This document shows, piece by piece, positions 40,950 through 55,074 of a stretch of DNA of 64,000 bases. Source of the stretch: Eledone cirrhosa. Taxonomy: Eukaryota. The stretch spans positions 29,822,001 to 29,886,000 of the forward strand of contig OZ024754.1 of assembly GCA_964016885.1 (NCBI GenBank), read 5' to 3'. Every line of letters begins with the position of its first letter. Positions within the stretch are counted from its first letter, which is position 1. A program made the position numbers and the translations under genes. The notes below the pieces were generated by a model that worked only from the letters and a program-made list of their open reading frames with translations, did no database searches and was not told the origin of the DNA.

Positions 40950-41497
40950 ATATATATCTTTAAGTCGTTTGAAAGCCTCGACAATGTAAATGGGTAAATC
41001 TCCGGGTAACAAGATCCGGTGGTGGAGAGAGAGATGTAAGTGGGTGTACGTTGAGATGCGTGGTGTGTATAAGATGTGTAAGATGTGTAGAAGAATGAAG
41101 GGAAGAGTATAAATGCCCGACCGACCCCATTTCACGCGCACGCGCGCTCTACCGAATACCTCAGATATTCAAAACAACAAACAGCGGAGGATGCGTTTCG
41201 CACCTGTCCGACAGACAACCTTTTCCCCCACCCCAGAAAAAAACCCCAGTTGATGGATGTGAATCCGAAATATATAGGGACTATTAAATCTCTCCCAAGG
41301 TAACTCTCTCTTGTGTTGTTATTTTTACTTTATCCTTTATACTCTTCCCTTCATTCTTCTACACATCTTACAAATCTTATACACACCACGCATCTCAACG
41401 TACACCCACTTACATCTCTCTCTCCACCACCGGATCTTGTTACCCGGAGATTTACCCATTTGCATTGTCGAGGCTTCCAAACGACTTAAAGATATTT
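40950..41497. mobile_element. Short element with ~160-bp inverted arms (PLE-terminus-like)
   Basis: ~40955-41113 is the reverse complement of ~41337-41494; degenerate HHR-like motif at 41244-41279. Confidence 0.7.
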
Positions 41498-41538
41498 ACA
41501 TATTATTCCACAATGCTTCAAGCAAACATCAATACTCT

Positions 41539-41586
<48 letters not shown>

Positions 41587-41635
41587 CATATATACATACA
41601 CATATGTACGTATCGGTTATATCGAACATTAATAA

Positions 41636-41813
41636 TTGCTTCTACTTTTGGCACAAGGCCAACAATTAATCAGTATATTACTGGTACTTTATTTTATCGA
41701 CCCCGTAAGGATGAAAGGCAATGTTAACCTCGGCGGGATTTGAACTCAGAACATAAAGGGCCGTAACTCTTTGCTGCAACCGACCCTCTACCGATACTGC
41801 CAATCAACCGCCC
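41636..41813 (-). mobile_element. SINE family 1 with TSD
   Basis: AACATTAATAAT duplicated at 41625 and 41821. Confidence 0.9.
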
Positions 41814-41980
41814 TCTCTCAAACATTAATAATAATGTTCAATTCGTTTGTAAACAAATGGTCCTATTTGAAGCTGTTTGATATTCGGCCAGCAGTAACTC
41901 GCTCAGTATGCAAATGAGGCTACTCAGCCGATGTGTACTTAAGAAAATACTATATTTTTTAAACGTTCAACAGACTGGCA

Positions 41981-42035
41981 GAGGTATACATTCCTGATGA
42001 AGGGTAATGGCCCAGAAATATGTTGATTGTTCCTC
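41981..42035 (+). ncRNA. Type I hammerhead
   Basis: gagg..acattc-CTGATGA-a-gggt-aatg-gccc-a-GAAA-tatg-TT-gattgt..cctc. Confidence 0.7.
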
Positions 42036-42296
42036 AAAGCCAATGTTGAGCAAACAGGTCACGATTGGTCACCAGCACGGCACAGCTTCTAATCGGGCTC
42101 GTTTGTTTACAAACAATTCGAACATTATTATTAATGTTTGATATAACCCATACATACGTATGTATATGTATATATGTGTGTGTATATATATATGTGTGTA
42201 TATATATATGTGTACATGTGCATACTTATATTGATACACACACACACACACAGTAAGACATACATACACACACACACACACACACATACACATACA

Positions 42297-42369
<73 letters not shown>

Positions 42370-42410
42370 GAGATGCGAGACAAAGAGAAACGCAAACCAT
42401 CCATCTTAAT

Positions 42411-42454
42411 TTTACTTTTGAAAAGCATAAGAACTGTGAAACCGGTAAAGTAAA
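42411..42454 (+). ncRNA. Minimal hammerhead, U3-A8 core
   Basis: tttactt-TTGAAAA-gca-taagaac-tgt-GAAA-ccgg-TA-aagtaaa; stem I covaries with the 16781 copy. Confidence 0.75.
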
Positions 42455-42530
42455 TAAATGAATATTCTTAAAAGACTCCAGTTCCATTTTCAATTTCTTT
42501 TCCTTATAAACATATATATATATATATATA

Positions 42531-42582
<52 letters not shown>

Positions 42583-42585
42583 CGC

Positions 42586-42640
<55 letters not shown>

Positions 42641-42790
42641 CTTTTCATTAACACGAAATATATTAATACAAATCAATCTAAAAGTATCTCCTACCTAAAG
42701 ATATACCGTGAAATTATGTAATCTAGACCGAATGTTCTATATACACCATACAAAATAGAAAATAAAACATCTAACCACGTCCATAGATAT

Positions 42791-42974
42791 TTGTTTCTAC
42801 TTTAGGCACAAGGCCAGCAATAATCCAGTTCATTACTGGTACTTTATTTATCGACCCCGTAAGGATGAAAGGCAAAGTCAACCTCGGCGGGATTTGAACT
42901 CAGATCGTAAAGGGACGTAAGTATGCTGGAAAGCATGGCGTCCGACCCTCTACCGATACTGCCAATCCACCGCC
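42791..42974 (-). mobile_element. SINE family 1 with TSD
   Basis: TAACCACGTCCATAGATATT present on both sides. Confidence 0.9.
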
Positions 42975-43388
42975 TAACCACGTCCTAACCACGTCCATAG
43001 ATATTACACGCAAAATACATTCCTCTGTAAAAACTGTACCAACATCCACAGTAATGTCTGTACCGGAAAAGATCCTAGTCATCAGACTGTATTTCTTTTC
43101 GTTACTTGGGTTATGTTTAACAGTGTATACAAAAACTTACAAGTATAGCCTCCGTTATGTTTTTATTTTACTTCATTACAACTCACGTATCATCTTCTGT
43201 ATCAAAAAGTTTGCTTAGAAATAGATTTATCTTTTTTTTTTCTTTTCTACTAAAGATCAAGATTACGTGACAACTATTTTGTTGTAACTGGTTATAGAGA
43301 CGATATGTCTGGTAGTGTAGCTTACTCTTCAGGCAATATGTATTATATATATATATATTTATTTGGATATATATATATATATATTTGA

Positions 43389-43465
<77 letters not shown>

Positions 43466-43816
43466 AGTATATATATATATAGTGGTACCCACCTGTTTCA
43501 GATGGAACCGATAACCCTCTTAGAACTCAATGTAGTCTTGAAGAGATGGTTTTAACAAGATTAGTCAATGAGAGCTAGTTTGTTTTTTTATTTGGTTCTC
43601 ATAGGGTTCCATTGAAGATTCTACAGTCATTTATATGTGTATTGAACAATGAACAAATGAAGAACCTGTCTTTGACATTGGTTTTATTTTTATTGTGCAG
43701 TACACACACACACACATATACATACATATTATATATATATGTATATATATATATTACTCTTTCACTCTTTTACCTGTTCCAGCCATCCGGCTGAGGCCAT
43801 GCTGGAGCACCGCCTT

Positions 43817-43852
<36 letters not shown>

Positions 43853-44584
43853 CGAAGGAAATGTGGTAAGGAACCAGGTGGACCATAACGCACCAAAGTA
43901 GTCAATACTTAGGGTAGTAGAGTGGGTAATAGGAACAAGTAAGACCCCGACGGCTGAGCTCAAGCCGTTTCGACGGCTAATTCTGTACTGTTCCTATATA
44001 TATATATATGTGTGTATGTATCGATCATTGCATCGATCGTTCCTCGAGCTGGTCGCCAGAGAAACGATTGTAATGTCTAATAAATTGTATTCGTCGCACC
44101 ACTGATTCGTCGGCCAACTTCACTCCAATAGCAATGAGCAGAGATATAGTCCGGGGTCTAAGAACGCTCGAAGTCCCCACTGCTACAAGTTCTACCACCA
44201 ACTTACCAGACAGCATCCGATACATCGACGGTTTACAGTCATCTGCTTGGTGGGCAGCTGAGTTTGGGCTGGTAGCCGAACACAGAAGGTTGTCATAGAG
44301 TAGCTATCACCTTTTGTTTGCAACATTTTCTGCAAAATCTGGAAACGTATTTTCTTCACGTTTAAAAGTAATCATTAATGCAAAATTTTTAGATAATATC
44401 TTGGAGCAATGGTAAATATTTGGACTCCAACAGTTTTTGACTGAATTTTCGAAAATGTTGATTTGTTTATAAAAGTAACTTCATGCAGAATGAAAAAAAG
44501 CTTTTTTATGGCTATTGGTACCTATTCCCGAGCTTATTGAAACATAAATACAAATATACATAGATACATATATAATATAATATA

Positions 44585-44630
<46 letters not shown>

Positions 44631-44634
44631 ATAC

Positions 44635-44734
<100 letters not shown>

Positions 44735-45695
44735 ATATATATATATGTATATATATATATATGTATATATATATAAAAAACATGAGAAGAAAGAAGAATA
44801 CTGCGTGGTTTCACATGGGTTACATATGATAAATATAGTCCTTCGTCAGTGATTTTCCAACCATCATTGGTATTTCAACGCATTAAAAATCATATACCTC
44901 AGGTTGGTGCGAGCAATAACTAAAAAAAGTTATTGGGACAAGTAAATCGCGTAAAGCGAGTGAGACAAGTAAACAACATAGAAGGATAAAAGCAAACCGA
45001 AGATAGGAAAATAAACAAGCAACATGGTTATCCTGTCATCATAAGCTGGGTGGATTTTATGAGCGATCAAGATACAGACTGTCCGTCGTGAGTGAGATGT
45101 GAGCAAGAAGAGACCCTACTACAGCCAAACGGGAGGAAGTGAGAAGGGGAGAAACAGAGAGTGAGTGACTGGAAGTGCGAGGAAGAGGTCAGTCGAGAGA
45201 AAGTGTAACTGACAGAGGGGGCGAAAGAAGGTGAGAGTAACAGAGATAACGGGGAAGCAGTAAGAGAGAAACAGACAAACGCAGCCGAGGTAAATATGTA
45301 TAAAAAAACATAAGAAAGAAGAATACTGCGTGGTTGCACATGGGTTACATATGATAAAATTAGTCCCTCGTCTATGTATATATATGTATATGTGTGTGTC
45401 CGCATGTATCTGTGTGTTTCTAAATATATTGTTCATAACTCCCTCTGGTCGAGTAATCTTTGAAGTGTGGTGACTGCTGGAAAGCTGCCATTACTCATAC
45501 TTCTCGTCCCCTTCACCACCTCTTCTACGGCTTCGATATAAATACCCCCTCCGCCTCCCTGGTATTTTCTTCGGGGTTATAAGAGGCTTAGCTCTGTTTC
45601 TCGACCGTTATATCGCGTGACTATCTCCCCCTCCGCCTTTTGGGATACTTTCTCACGTCATGTAGACGCGTTCTTGAGGCTAGTAAAATGAGGTA

Positions 45696-45785
45696 TCCTC
45701 TTGATAAGTCGGCAGACCTCGCAAAGACTCTATATCTTTATGATGTATTGTTTTTGTTTATGCCACGAAACTACGTAGTCGAGGA
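45696..45785 (+). ncRNA. Type I hammerhead, U3-A8 core, long loop II
   Basis: tcctc-TTGATAA-gtcggca...tgccac-GAAA-ctacgtag-TC-gagga; GUC site. Confidence 0.75.
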
Positions 45786-46024
45786 ATCTAGGAGCAGTTT
45801 AGGTATGATACATTTTATTACTAATTATATCTAAATGTTTCTTCTCTCTTCATAATGTATTTTTAACTCTGATACTGGTTCAGTCTGATTCAACCGGATT
45901 GGTCTGTCCCAGTTATTCATTGAGCAACATCGGTAAGGTTGGCACCATTAACTCGCGGTTGGGTGTGGATGCATTCATGTATATGTGTGTGTCCGCATGT
46001 ATCTGTGTGTTTCTAAATATATTG

Positions 46025-46091
<67 letters not shown>

Positions 46092-46093
46092 AC

Positions 46094-46133
<40 letters not shown>

Positions 46134-46255
46134 GGATATGTGTTCCTACACGCACAAGGCGCTAAGGGACACATGTATTGTCCAACCTACTATAGTAGGT
46201 AAAGTCAATTTTTTAAAATTTATTTTGAAACTTTTTCATTATTTGCTAAACCTTC

Positions 46256-46302
<47 letters not shown>

Positions 46303-46417
46303 ACACATATATACATATCTACATATATACAAACATGTATATGTACATACATATACATGTTTATATGGCATCTGTGTATCATATAGAGATATGGATGGCC
46401 TACATTGCAGATACACA

Positions 46418-46563
<146 letters not shown>

Positions 46564-46683
46564 AAAAAGTATGACCCGGACGGCAGAGCTCAAGCCGTTT
46601 CGACGGCTATTTCTGGACGGCTATTTCAGTCCAGAAATAGCCGTCTAAACGGCTTGAGCTCTGCCGTCGGGGTCATACTTTTT

Positions 46684-46726
<43 letters not shown>

Positions 46727-46809
46727 CGTTATTCCGGCTTGAATCGGAGGTAACCACAGTAAGTAAGGTACTCGATACATTGCAGAGTATAAAAGTTTTA
46801 ATATAGATG

Positions 46810-46860
46810 AGATTCTACAGGACTAGAACTGTTTCATTCTTTAGAAATCATCAGGAATCT
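46810..46860 (-). ncRNA. Canonical type I hammerhead
   Basis: agattc-CTGATGA-t-ttc-taaa-gaa-t-GAAA-cag-ttctagtc-ctg-TA-gaatct. Confidence 0.85.
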
Positions 46861-46982
46861 GATATATATATGTAGGAGGTGAGTTTTATTGTAGTACATC
46901 GGATAAGAAGCACTCTACAGTTTGTAGGACTGGAGTATACATAATATATAAGAACAAAAGATGGTTAAAAGAGTTCCATGTA

Positions 46983-47049
46983 TTTTATTATGCGCATTTC
47001 AAAAACAAATATCATCATGCAATAATATTTGTGTTATCATCAGATAAAA
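46983..47049 (-). ncRNA. Type I hammerhead (32651 family)
   Basis: ttttat-CTGATGA...GAAA-tgcgca-TA-ataaaa. Confidence 0.75.
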
Positions 47050-47144
47050 CAGGAAGACATGATATGAAGGTTAAAAACACTTGTGGATATTGCAGTTTTA
47101 AATCAACATATATAAATATATATATATATACATATTATATATAT

Positions 47145-47260
<116 letters not shown>

Positions 47261-47803
47261 TATATATATTATATATATATAAATATATATATATATATAG
47301 CATACTATATATATTTTTTTTCCTCATTTCGTGAGTTGTCTCCCCTTCCCGCTTCGTGTCGCTATGATACTTCCTCAGTCAAAAACTGCTGGAATTTCAA
47401 ATTTGGCGGTCATTCGAGGCGAGAGAGAGCTACTCTACGGACATGATTTTTGACAGCGGTAAGAAATTTGTTTTCTTATATCAATGTTTAATGGGCTTCC
47501 ACTGGTGATTTATAAGTGCCCACCTAAATGTATTCTTACATGAATATATATTAGGCTTCTACATAAACTGGAAACATTCTCCCAAACTTGTAGAAAACTT
47601 ATAATGAAACAATTGTTTGGAAAGAGAGATATACTTTAACATTAATTATATCTCATAAAATAATACAACTGGTTTTTCCACATTATACATATTGTTAGCA
47701 CCCCAAACACTTAAATTGGGTTTATATTTTAATATAACCTAATGTTTGTTGAGTGAGATGGTTACCAGTCAGAGTTTAGCTTTAAACTATCTCTGTTATT
47801 GTA

Positions 47804-47911
<108 letters not shown>

Positions 47912-47915
47912 AATA

Positions 47916-47964
<49 letters not shown>

Positions 47965-48232
47965 CAGCGTGTGTGTATGTGGGTGCATGAGTGTTTGTAT
48001 TTGTGTGTGTGTGTTTATATGTGTATGTGTATGCACTGCAAAGATGTACAAGTGAATCTAATCATCGATGTAACTGTAAACGTGTTTTCAGCACGAAAAT
48101 ATATCGATTACTTCCACTTTACTATTCCATTTAATGTGTGTGTGTGTACATATATATACGGTTGTATAGATGTGTGTATATAAGTATGGATATGCGGGTA
48201 TGTAATTTTATGTGTCTATGTATGTATATTTA

Positions 48233-48263
<31 letters not shown>

Positions 48264-48325
48264 TTATTTTTATATATATATATATATATACATGTGTGTG
48301 TATATGTATATATGTATATACACAT

Positions 48326-48373
<48 letters not shown>

Positions 48374-48604
48374 GTGTGTGTATATGTATATATATATACA
48401 TATACACACACATATATATATATATATGTATATATTCGCTATTGTGAATCAGTAGTTAAATTGGTACTTAATTTCACACACCATACTACCGTTTTATAGG
48501 TATAGGCAAAGATATATATGTGTGTATAAAATGTATTTATCTTAACATATGTATATGTAAATGTTCACATGCATGTACACTTCAATCATCTATCTATGTT
48601 TAGA

Positions 48605-48701
<97 letters not shown>

Positions 48702-48783
48702 GTGTAGCGGCATGTGTGTGCCTGAGGCAATTTATACAGATGAACAGACATGCGCACGCAGACATACATACACACACACAGAG

Positions 48784-48814
<31 letters not shown>

Positions 48815-48976
48815 TGAACGCCGTTCACGCTAGCATTTCCTTTGAGAAAGAAGAATGCTTGTAATATGATAAATTGCTTCAGTTGTCTGATATATATAAA
48901 TATTATTTGAAGCAGGAATAAGAAACAAATGACATCGTTGCCCAACTCAACACATTTTTCAATATAATATTTTAGC

Positions 48977-49082
48977 AAATCCCGCCGAGGTTGACTTTGC
49001 CTTTCATCCTTACGGGGTCGATAAAATAAAGTACCAGTAATGAACTGGCTTATTGTTGGCCTTGTGCCTAAAGTAGAAACAA
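48977..49082 (+). mobile_element. 5'-truncated SINE family 1
   Basis: CAAATCCCGCCGAGG...CCTAAAGTAGAAAC; ATTTTAGCAA occurs on both flanks. Confidence 0.85.
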
Positions 49083-49585
49083 ATATTTTAGCAACTGCTC
49101 GTTCAGAGTATTAAATTTAAAGTTGATATACCAGAGGTTGAAACTACAACATTTGGACGTTCAACACCGTTGCAATGTAGTTGAACCTGTTTATAATACA
49201 TTCTGGGTCAAAGAAATATTCTTGAGTAGAAAACTAGGGCTGGCGCAACCATAAAGTCTAACCAGGCCGTCGCCTAGGGCGCATTATTGAGCCTTGAAAT
49301 GTATTACAGTTTTGTACAGGTTTGTATAATGAAATTAAATATGTAATATATATGTGAGAGTTTGTGTCTGTGTCTATATTTACATATGTGCCTGTGTTTA
49401 TGTTTATTTACCGTAACTTAGCGGTTCGACAGGATTATGTCGATAAAACTAACACCTGACTTGAAGAGATGAGTATTGGGCCTGATATAATCCACTTATT
49501 CAAGGTGATATTCCAACATGGCTAAAATCCAATCTAATAACTGAAAATTAAAAGAAAAATAACACTGGTCGGACAACCTGCTTCG

Positions 49586-49960
49586 TGGCTGAGAGTTACG
49601 GCCCTTTACTTCTGTTTTCAAATCCTGCGGGGGTTAGCTTTGTCTTTCCTCCTTACGGGGTCGATAAAATAAAGTACCAGTAATATATACTGGAGTCGAT
49701 TTAATCGACTTTCCCTTCGCCCAAAATTCCTAGCAATGTGTCTATAGTAGAAATCATTATTATTAATAACATAGGGCGGTGGATAGGCAGTATCGGTAGA
49801 GGGTCGGACGCCATGCTTTCCAGCATAGCTACGTCCCTTTATGATCTGAGTTCAAATCCCGCCGAGGTTGACTTTGCCTTTCATCCTTACAGGGTCGATA
49901 AAATAAAGTACCAGTAATGCACTGGGTAATTGCTGGCCTTGTGCCTAAAGTAGAAACAAT
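49586..49960 (+). mobile_element. Two adjacent SINEs (older variant 49586-49757; family 1 49773-49960)
   Basis: Both carry CCTTAC.GGGTCGATAAAATAAAGTACCAG; the second has intact A and B boxes. Confidence 0.85.
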
Positions 49961-50201
49961 TATTATTAATAACACACTGCTTATAAAGGAGACCGACCAT
50001 AGTATAACACTAAATGTACAATACCACATACTAAAGTGGACCCACTTATGCATCGAATGCTCATACTGGTAAACCAAAAGTAACGTAAAGTTATCAGATA
50101 TTAAACTATATATATATATATATTGATAGTCTGCGTAATGAGATCGGGAATACCACAAATCAAAGAAGTACTCGATATATAAGCATCATATATATATGTG
50201 A

Positions 50202-50275
<74 letters not shown>

Positions 50276-51109
50276 GATCAATAATATGTCCGTTGTGAGA
50301 TATGTTTAACAGTCGGATTCTATGAATATATAATTCTCAGCATCTGTCAATACCCAATAACAACAACAACAACAACAACAATAACAATAATATAAATAAT
50401 AATATCAATAATAATAATAACAATTAAATAATAATGATCCTCATAATAATACCTGATGAAGCTGGCGATGTCAATGATAAATTATAAATGATGTTTTCAA
50501 AAGTCTAGCGGCGTCGTTTGAAGCAACTATTGCAATCTATTGGCAATGAATCCGTCTAGCCATGCAGGATATATTATAACTCCAACGTATGATTGATCGT
50601 AACAGCCCTTAACCGATATTTCTGTTGTAACACGTTTATATTAACTTATACATATCATATATTGATCATCAACTCTATAGAAATTCTTCTTAATCAAGTC
50701 GAAATCAATATGGTGACTCATTATGTTGCAACTCGTTATCAAAGTGTTCCAGAAGCAATGAATCTTTTCAGTGAAAGTCCATATAATAATTACGCCGGGG
50801 AATATATTAGAGTTTATAGGTATGGTTAATAAGATTTATATCTGTTTCATTTCCTCCTCAGTAATTTGCAGATATGTTCATGAGCTGTAACATGTGACGA
50901 ACTTTTAGATTCCTCAAAAGTAAAACAAAATTAAATATAAATACAACGAAAGGAAAAACTTTCTCACAAAGGTTTCAATATTGATTACCTATAGATATCT
51001 TTTTAAATTATATTCAATTCTTACGCTAATATCTCGAACATTAATTTGAACTTACTTTAATATAACTCTTACACGTAGACGTGTTAAACGAAAAACTGAA
51101 ATATAGACG

Positions 51110-53045
51110 TCACTCCACGGTGGCTGTGAAGGGGCCGCACATGCAACCAGGCAGTTCTTCAACAGCTGCCCATCAGAACCGGCATCCATGGACTCCAGGC
51201 ACCTCATTATGAAGCTTAACATGAGGAATGCTTTAAACTGCTTACGCCGGGACCATCTGCTCGAAGCCTGCCTCAGCCGAACCCCCTCTGCGTACCCGCT
51301 GGCCTACCTGTCGTATGGAGCCCCGAGTATGCTCCTTGCTGCTGATACCGTCATACCTTCGGCCACTGGGGTCCAACAGGGCGACCCTTTGGGACCCCTC
51401 CTGTTTGCCCTTGGTATAGACCACATCGCCCGGAGTATCACGGCCCCTCTCAATGTTTGGTATTTGGATGATGCTACGTTGGGCGGGTCCGTACAGACTG
51501 TCTGCCATGACATACAATCGGTGGTTCCACTCCTGGCAGGAATCGGCCTCCGTCTCGGGCGTGCGGTCCATTCTCCACCAGATACAGTGGATGTCCTCAT
51601 CCTCGGGTCACCGATCCACTCGCCGGCCATCCGCTCCACCATCAAGTCCAGGCTTCAACAACTCCAGACTCTCACGAGCCGACTGGGCTTGATCGACGGC
51701 CACCCAGCCCTCTTTCTGTTGAGGAACTTCTTCGCCATGCCGAAGCTGCTCTATACCCTTCGCTGTGCTCCGTGCTACACTCACACATATCTCCTCGCTA
51801 ACCTCGATACTTGTATCCGAGAAGCAGCCGAGGAGATATGTAACGTCAAGTTTGACGTCATTGGATGGCAACAGGCAACTTTACCTGTCAGGTATGGCGG
51901 CCTTGGCCTCCGGTCCTCGATCTCACTGGCTTTACCGCCGTATCTTTCGTCGGTAACCTCGTGCCGCGTCCTCTTCAGCAGGGTTCTCCAAAACACAATA
52001 GAACCCTCTGTGTTCAGAGAACGTGAGGCCGCCTGTGAGACGTGGGACCGGCTGGGACTTAGCCCAGTAGACATCTCTCCTCCTTCTACTCCTGTAGACG
52101 TCAAGTCCCCCCCAAAGCACTTTGGATGCCATCCAGTGCAGCCTGGCCTCAGACAGGCTCACGCGCCAGCTCGACCAGCACCGCTTTGCCTGCTTTCGTG
52201 CGGCCTCCAACCCCCACAGTGGTGCCTGGCTCCATGCCCTGCTCTCCTTCTCTACGCAGTTAGACAATAATAGCCTGCGCATTGGCGTTTCTTGACGCTC
52301 GGCCTCCGGATCTTCGAGCCACACCAATGTCGCTGCGGATCCACCGTAGTTTCTTTCGGCCTCCACCCGCTTTCCTGTCGCCACAGTGCCGGCCGCCATC
52401 CACGCCATGCTGCTCTCAACGAGGTTATAAAGTATGGCTTGGACGCTGCAGGCTTCCCTTCCCAGCTCGAGTCGGTAGGGCTGGACCGAGGGGACGGTAA
52501 AAGGCCAGATGGTATGACCATCTTCCCGTTCCGCGGTGGTAAACCTCTCGTCTGAGGTGCCACCTGCACCGACACTTTCTGGAGCCGCAACCTGGTGCAG
52601 TCTGCGATTAACCGGGGTTCTGCTGCACGTCGGGCTGAGGAAGCTAAACTCCTCAAATACCGGTCGCTCTCCGACAGGTTTGCGGTTCTACCCCTGGCAG
52701 TGGAGAATTCTGGTGTCCTTGGCCCTAGAACAACCTCCCTACTCACCACCATAGGCGCTGAGCTGGCCAGCCGCAGGTGTGAGCCCCGGAGTTGGAGTGA
52801 CTTTTCCAGTGCGTCTCCCTTGCTGTAATCCGGGGAAACACCTTCTCCCTTCTGACCGCCGGGGCTGTGGCGGGGCCCCATCGTGTATCATTCCATATTT
52901 AGTTGTGGTCGGTGTGTGTGTGTTTGTATATATTGCTTTTGTTTTCATTCAGCATCATATCATTCTTCATGGCTTTTCTCTACTAATGAATTATATTTGG
53001 AAAAATAAAATAAACACGGCTTTAGCTGTTAAAAAAAAAAAAAAA
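51110..53045 (+). mobile_element. 5'-truncated CRE-like non-LTR retrotransposon (RT plus restriction-like endonuclease)
   Basis: GVQQGDPLGPLLFAL, WYLDD, QATLPVRYGGLGLR, CRCG..GLHPLSC..RHAALN, KRPDG; GC-rich; AATAAA then poly(A) at 53031-53045; frameshifts and stops. Confidence 0.9.
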
Positions 53046-54160
53046 TGATTATTACCATTAAGAATATGGTACTGTCTTTATAGAATATTGAGAAACTCAA
53101 CGTAAGAATAGCTGCCAAAACAGTAAAATTCCGTTAATGACATCGTTGGGTAAAACCTTACCTCAAAGGACAGGAATAAATGGCTAGAAGTGTGATGGTC
53201 CTGAGAATTGGTAGGTTTTGGCAGCTATCCTTGCGTTGATTTTGTCATTATTCTATAAATTCTAATACACTCGCTCCTGAACTCGAAATTTCCTTTTCGG
53301 CATCATACGTTGATTCCTAAATATTGTCTATAGAATATCAAATGGTAAAAGAATGTGAAAGTATTCAGTATATAGTATATGCCTTGCTCCAGTTTGATAA
53401 ATTTTATTAAAGTTCATATTTTAGGTTTGCTTATGTATAGTTTGCAACAGTAGCGTTCATGAATTCATATGTCTATTAATGCTTCGAGATCTTCACAACC
53501 CTATTTTCAGAAAAAAAATTGCTATAACTTTGTTGTATTTCTCATATGCTTAATCAGTAAATATGAATAAAGATAACAAAAGCCACACACACACAAATAT
53601 ATATATTATTATTATCTCCCAACTAGCGGACTAATGAGAGTAAGTTTAACAATTTTCCACTTTTTTTTGTGTGTTTTTGTTTTGAGATGCGCTCTAATTC
53701 CTGCTATTAATTTCATCTTTCACTCTTTTAAGTTGTGAAATAGACTGGTTTTACGCACGCGGCTGCCGCATCCCAGCTCGCTACTATATCGCTCTATAAT
53801 AGATACTGGCATTTAATGTCTGTTAAAGGTTCTTGACACTACCATTGTTATTATCGCTTTCCTCTAGCCATGGGACTTGGAGACATGAGCTGAATGCTAC
53901 CATTCTATTATACATCGATGTGGACTGCTATTTCTAATAACCATCTTTTCACTTCTTATTAATTTGTATTTGAGACACGTTGGCTGAGGGCTTTTGATGG
54001 GAACGAAAAGGATTTGTTTTCTATTCTCCCGCCACCACGTAAGTTTGTAAATCGGTGGCTGGTCGAGGGAGAGAATTGTATCGGATTCCAGTTGCTAATC
54101 ACTTTCTGTGTCGGCTGGGGTTTGGATTCTGTCGATCGATTGGTTATTGATTAGGCGATA

Positions 54161-54275
54161 CCCGCTGATGAAGCTACATACACCGATTATGCATTGTTGC
54201 ATAATATATGCAGACATAGGGTGCAGTGCACCCTACTGCTGCATTAAGTGTGGCCGAAACTAACTCGAGTCCGGG
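54161..54275 (+). ncRNA. Type I hammerhead with 84-nt branched domain II
   Basis: cccg-CTGATGA-a-gctacat...gtgtggc-c-GAAA-ct-aactcg-ag-TC-cggg. Confidence 0.75.
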
Positions 54276-54419
54276 AACTATTATAGGCACCCGTTTTACG
54301 TATGTTGTATCGAAGCGAATAACTATGTGTATACTCTGGGAATGTATCTTACATTGCCCATGGTGTACGCTGAGATACAACCGGTCCTGGCATTGATAAA
54401 TATGCTGGGTCCGTCAACT

Positions 54420-54498
<79 letters not shown>

Positions 54499-54782
54499 AA
54501 GAACAAAGTAGAGGCGTTACATATGAGATTCATTACTTAACCCAGTTAAAAATGTTTCCGAGGCAGCTAGCTCGTGATCTGGGGTCATCACGAGCCGGTT
54601 GTCTGGGAAACATTTGTAGCTGGGTTAAGCAATAAATCTCATATCTAACACCTCTACTTTGCTGATATTATACACCCTCTGCTCTGCATCTAGTGTCGAC
54701 ATTGGTACTCTCACCAGTTTCCTCAGGACTTACAGATCAGTTTTCTTCGGGCTTACCGAACCTTTTGCACAAACACACACAA

Positions 54783-54925
<143 letters not shown>

Positions 54926-55074
54926 CATATATATATATGTACATATATTATCCCTCTCTAGATCATTAGACAATATCCCAGACCTCATTCCCTCACCGAG
55001 TGGACTGGAGGACATCAAATCGGACCAAGGAAACAATGCTCTTATTGGTTTTTCCATTGCTGATACTATCTACC

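Noticed and set aside
41244-41279. ccc-CAGTTGA-t-ggat-gtga-atcc-GAAA-tata-TA-ggg
   Set aside because: Two core substitutions in a single copy; treated as a decayed relic and not counted
44795-44910. Minus-strand CTGACGA/CTGAGG motifs
   Set aside because: No consistent three-stem fold; GAAA not kept in the duplicate at 45330
49773-49870. tRNA gene
   Set aside because: A and B boxes belong to a SINE head; no full cloverleaf or terminator
50450-50545. CTGATGA...GAAG motif
   Set aside because: Lacks GAAA and a valid UH site
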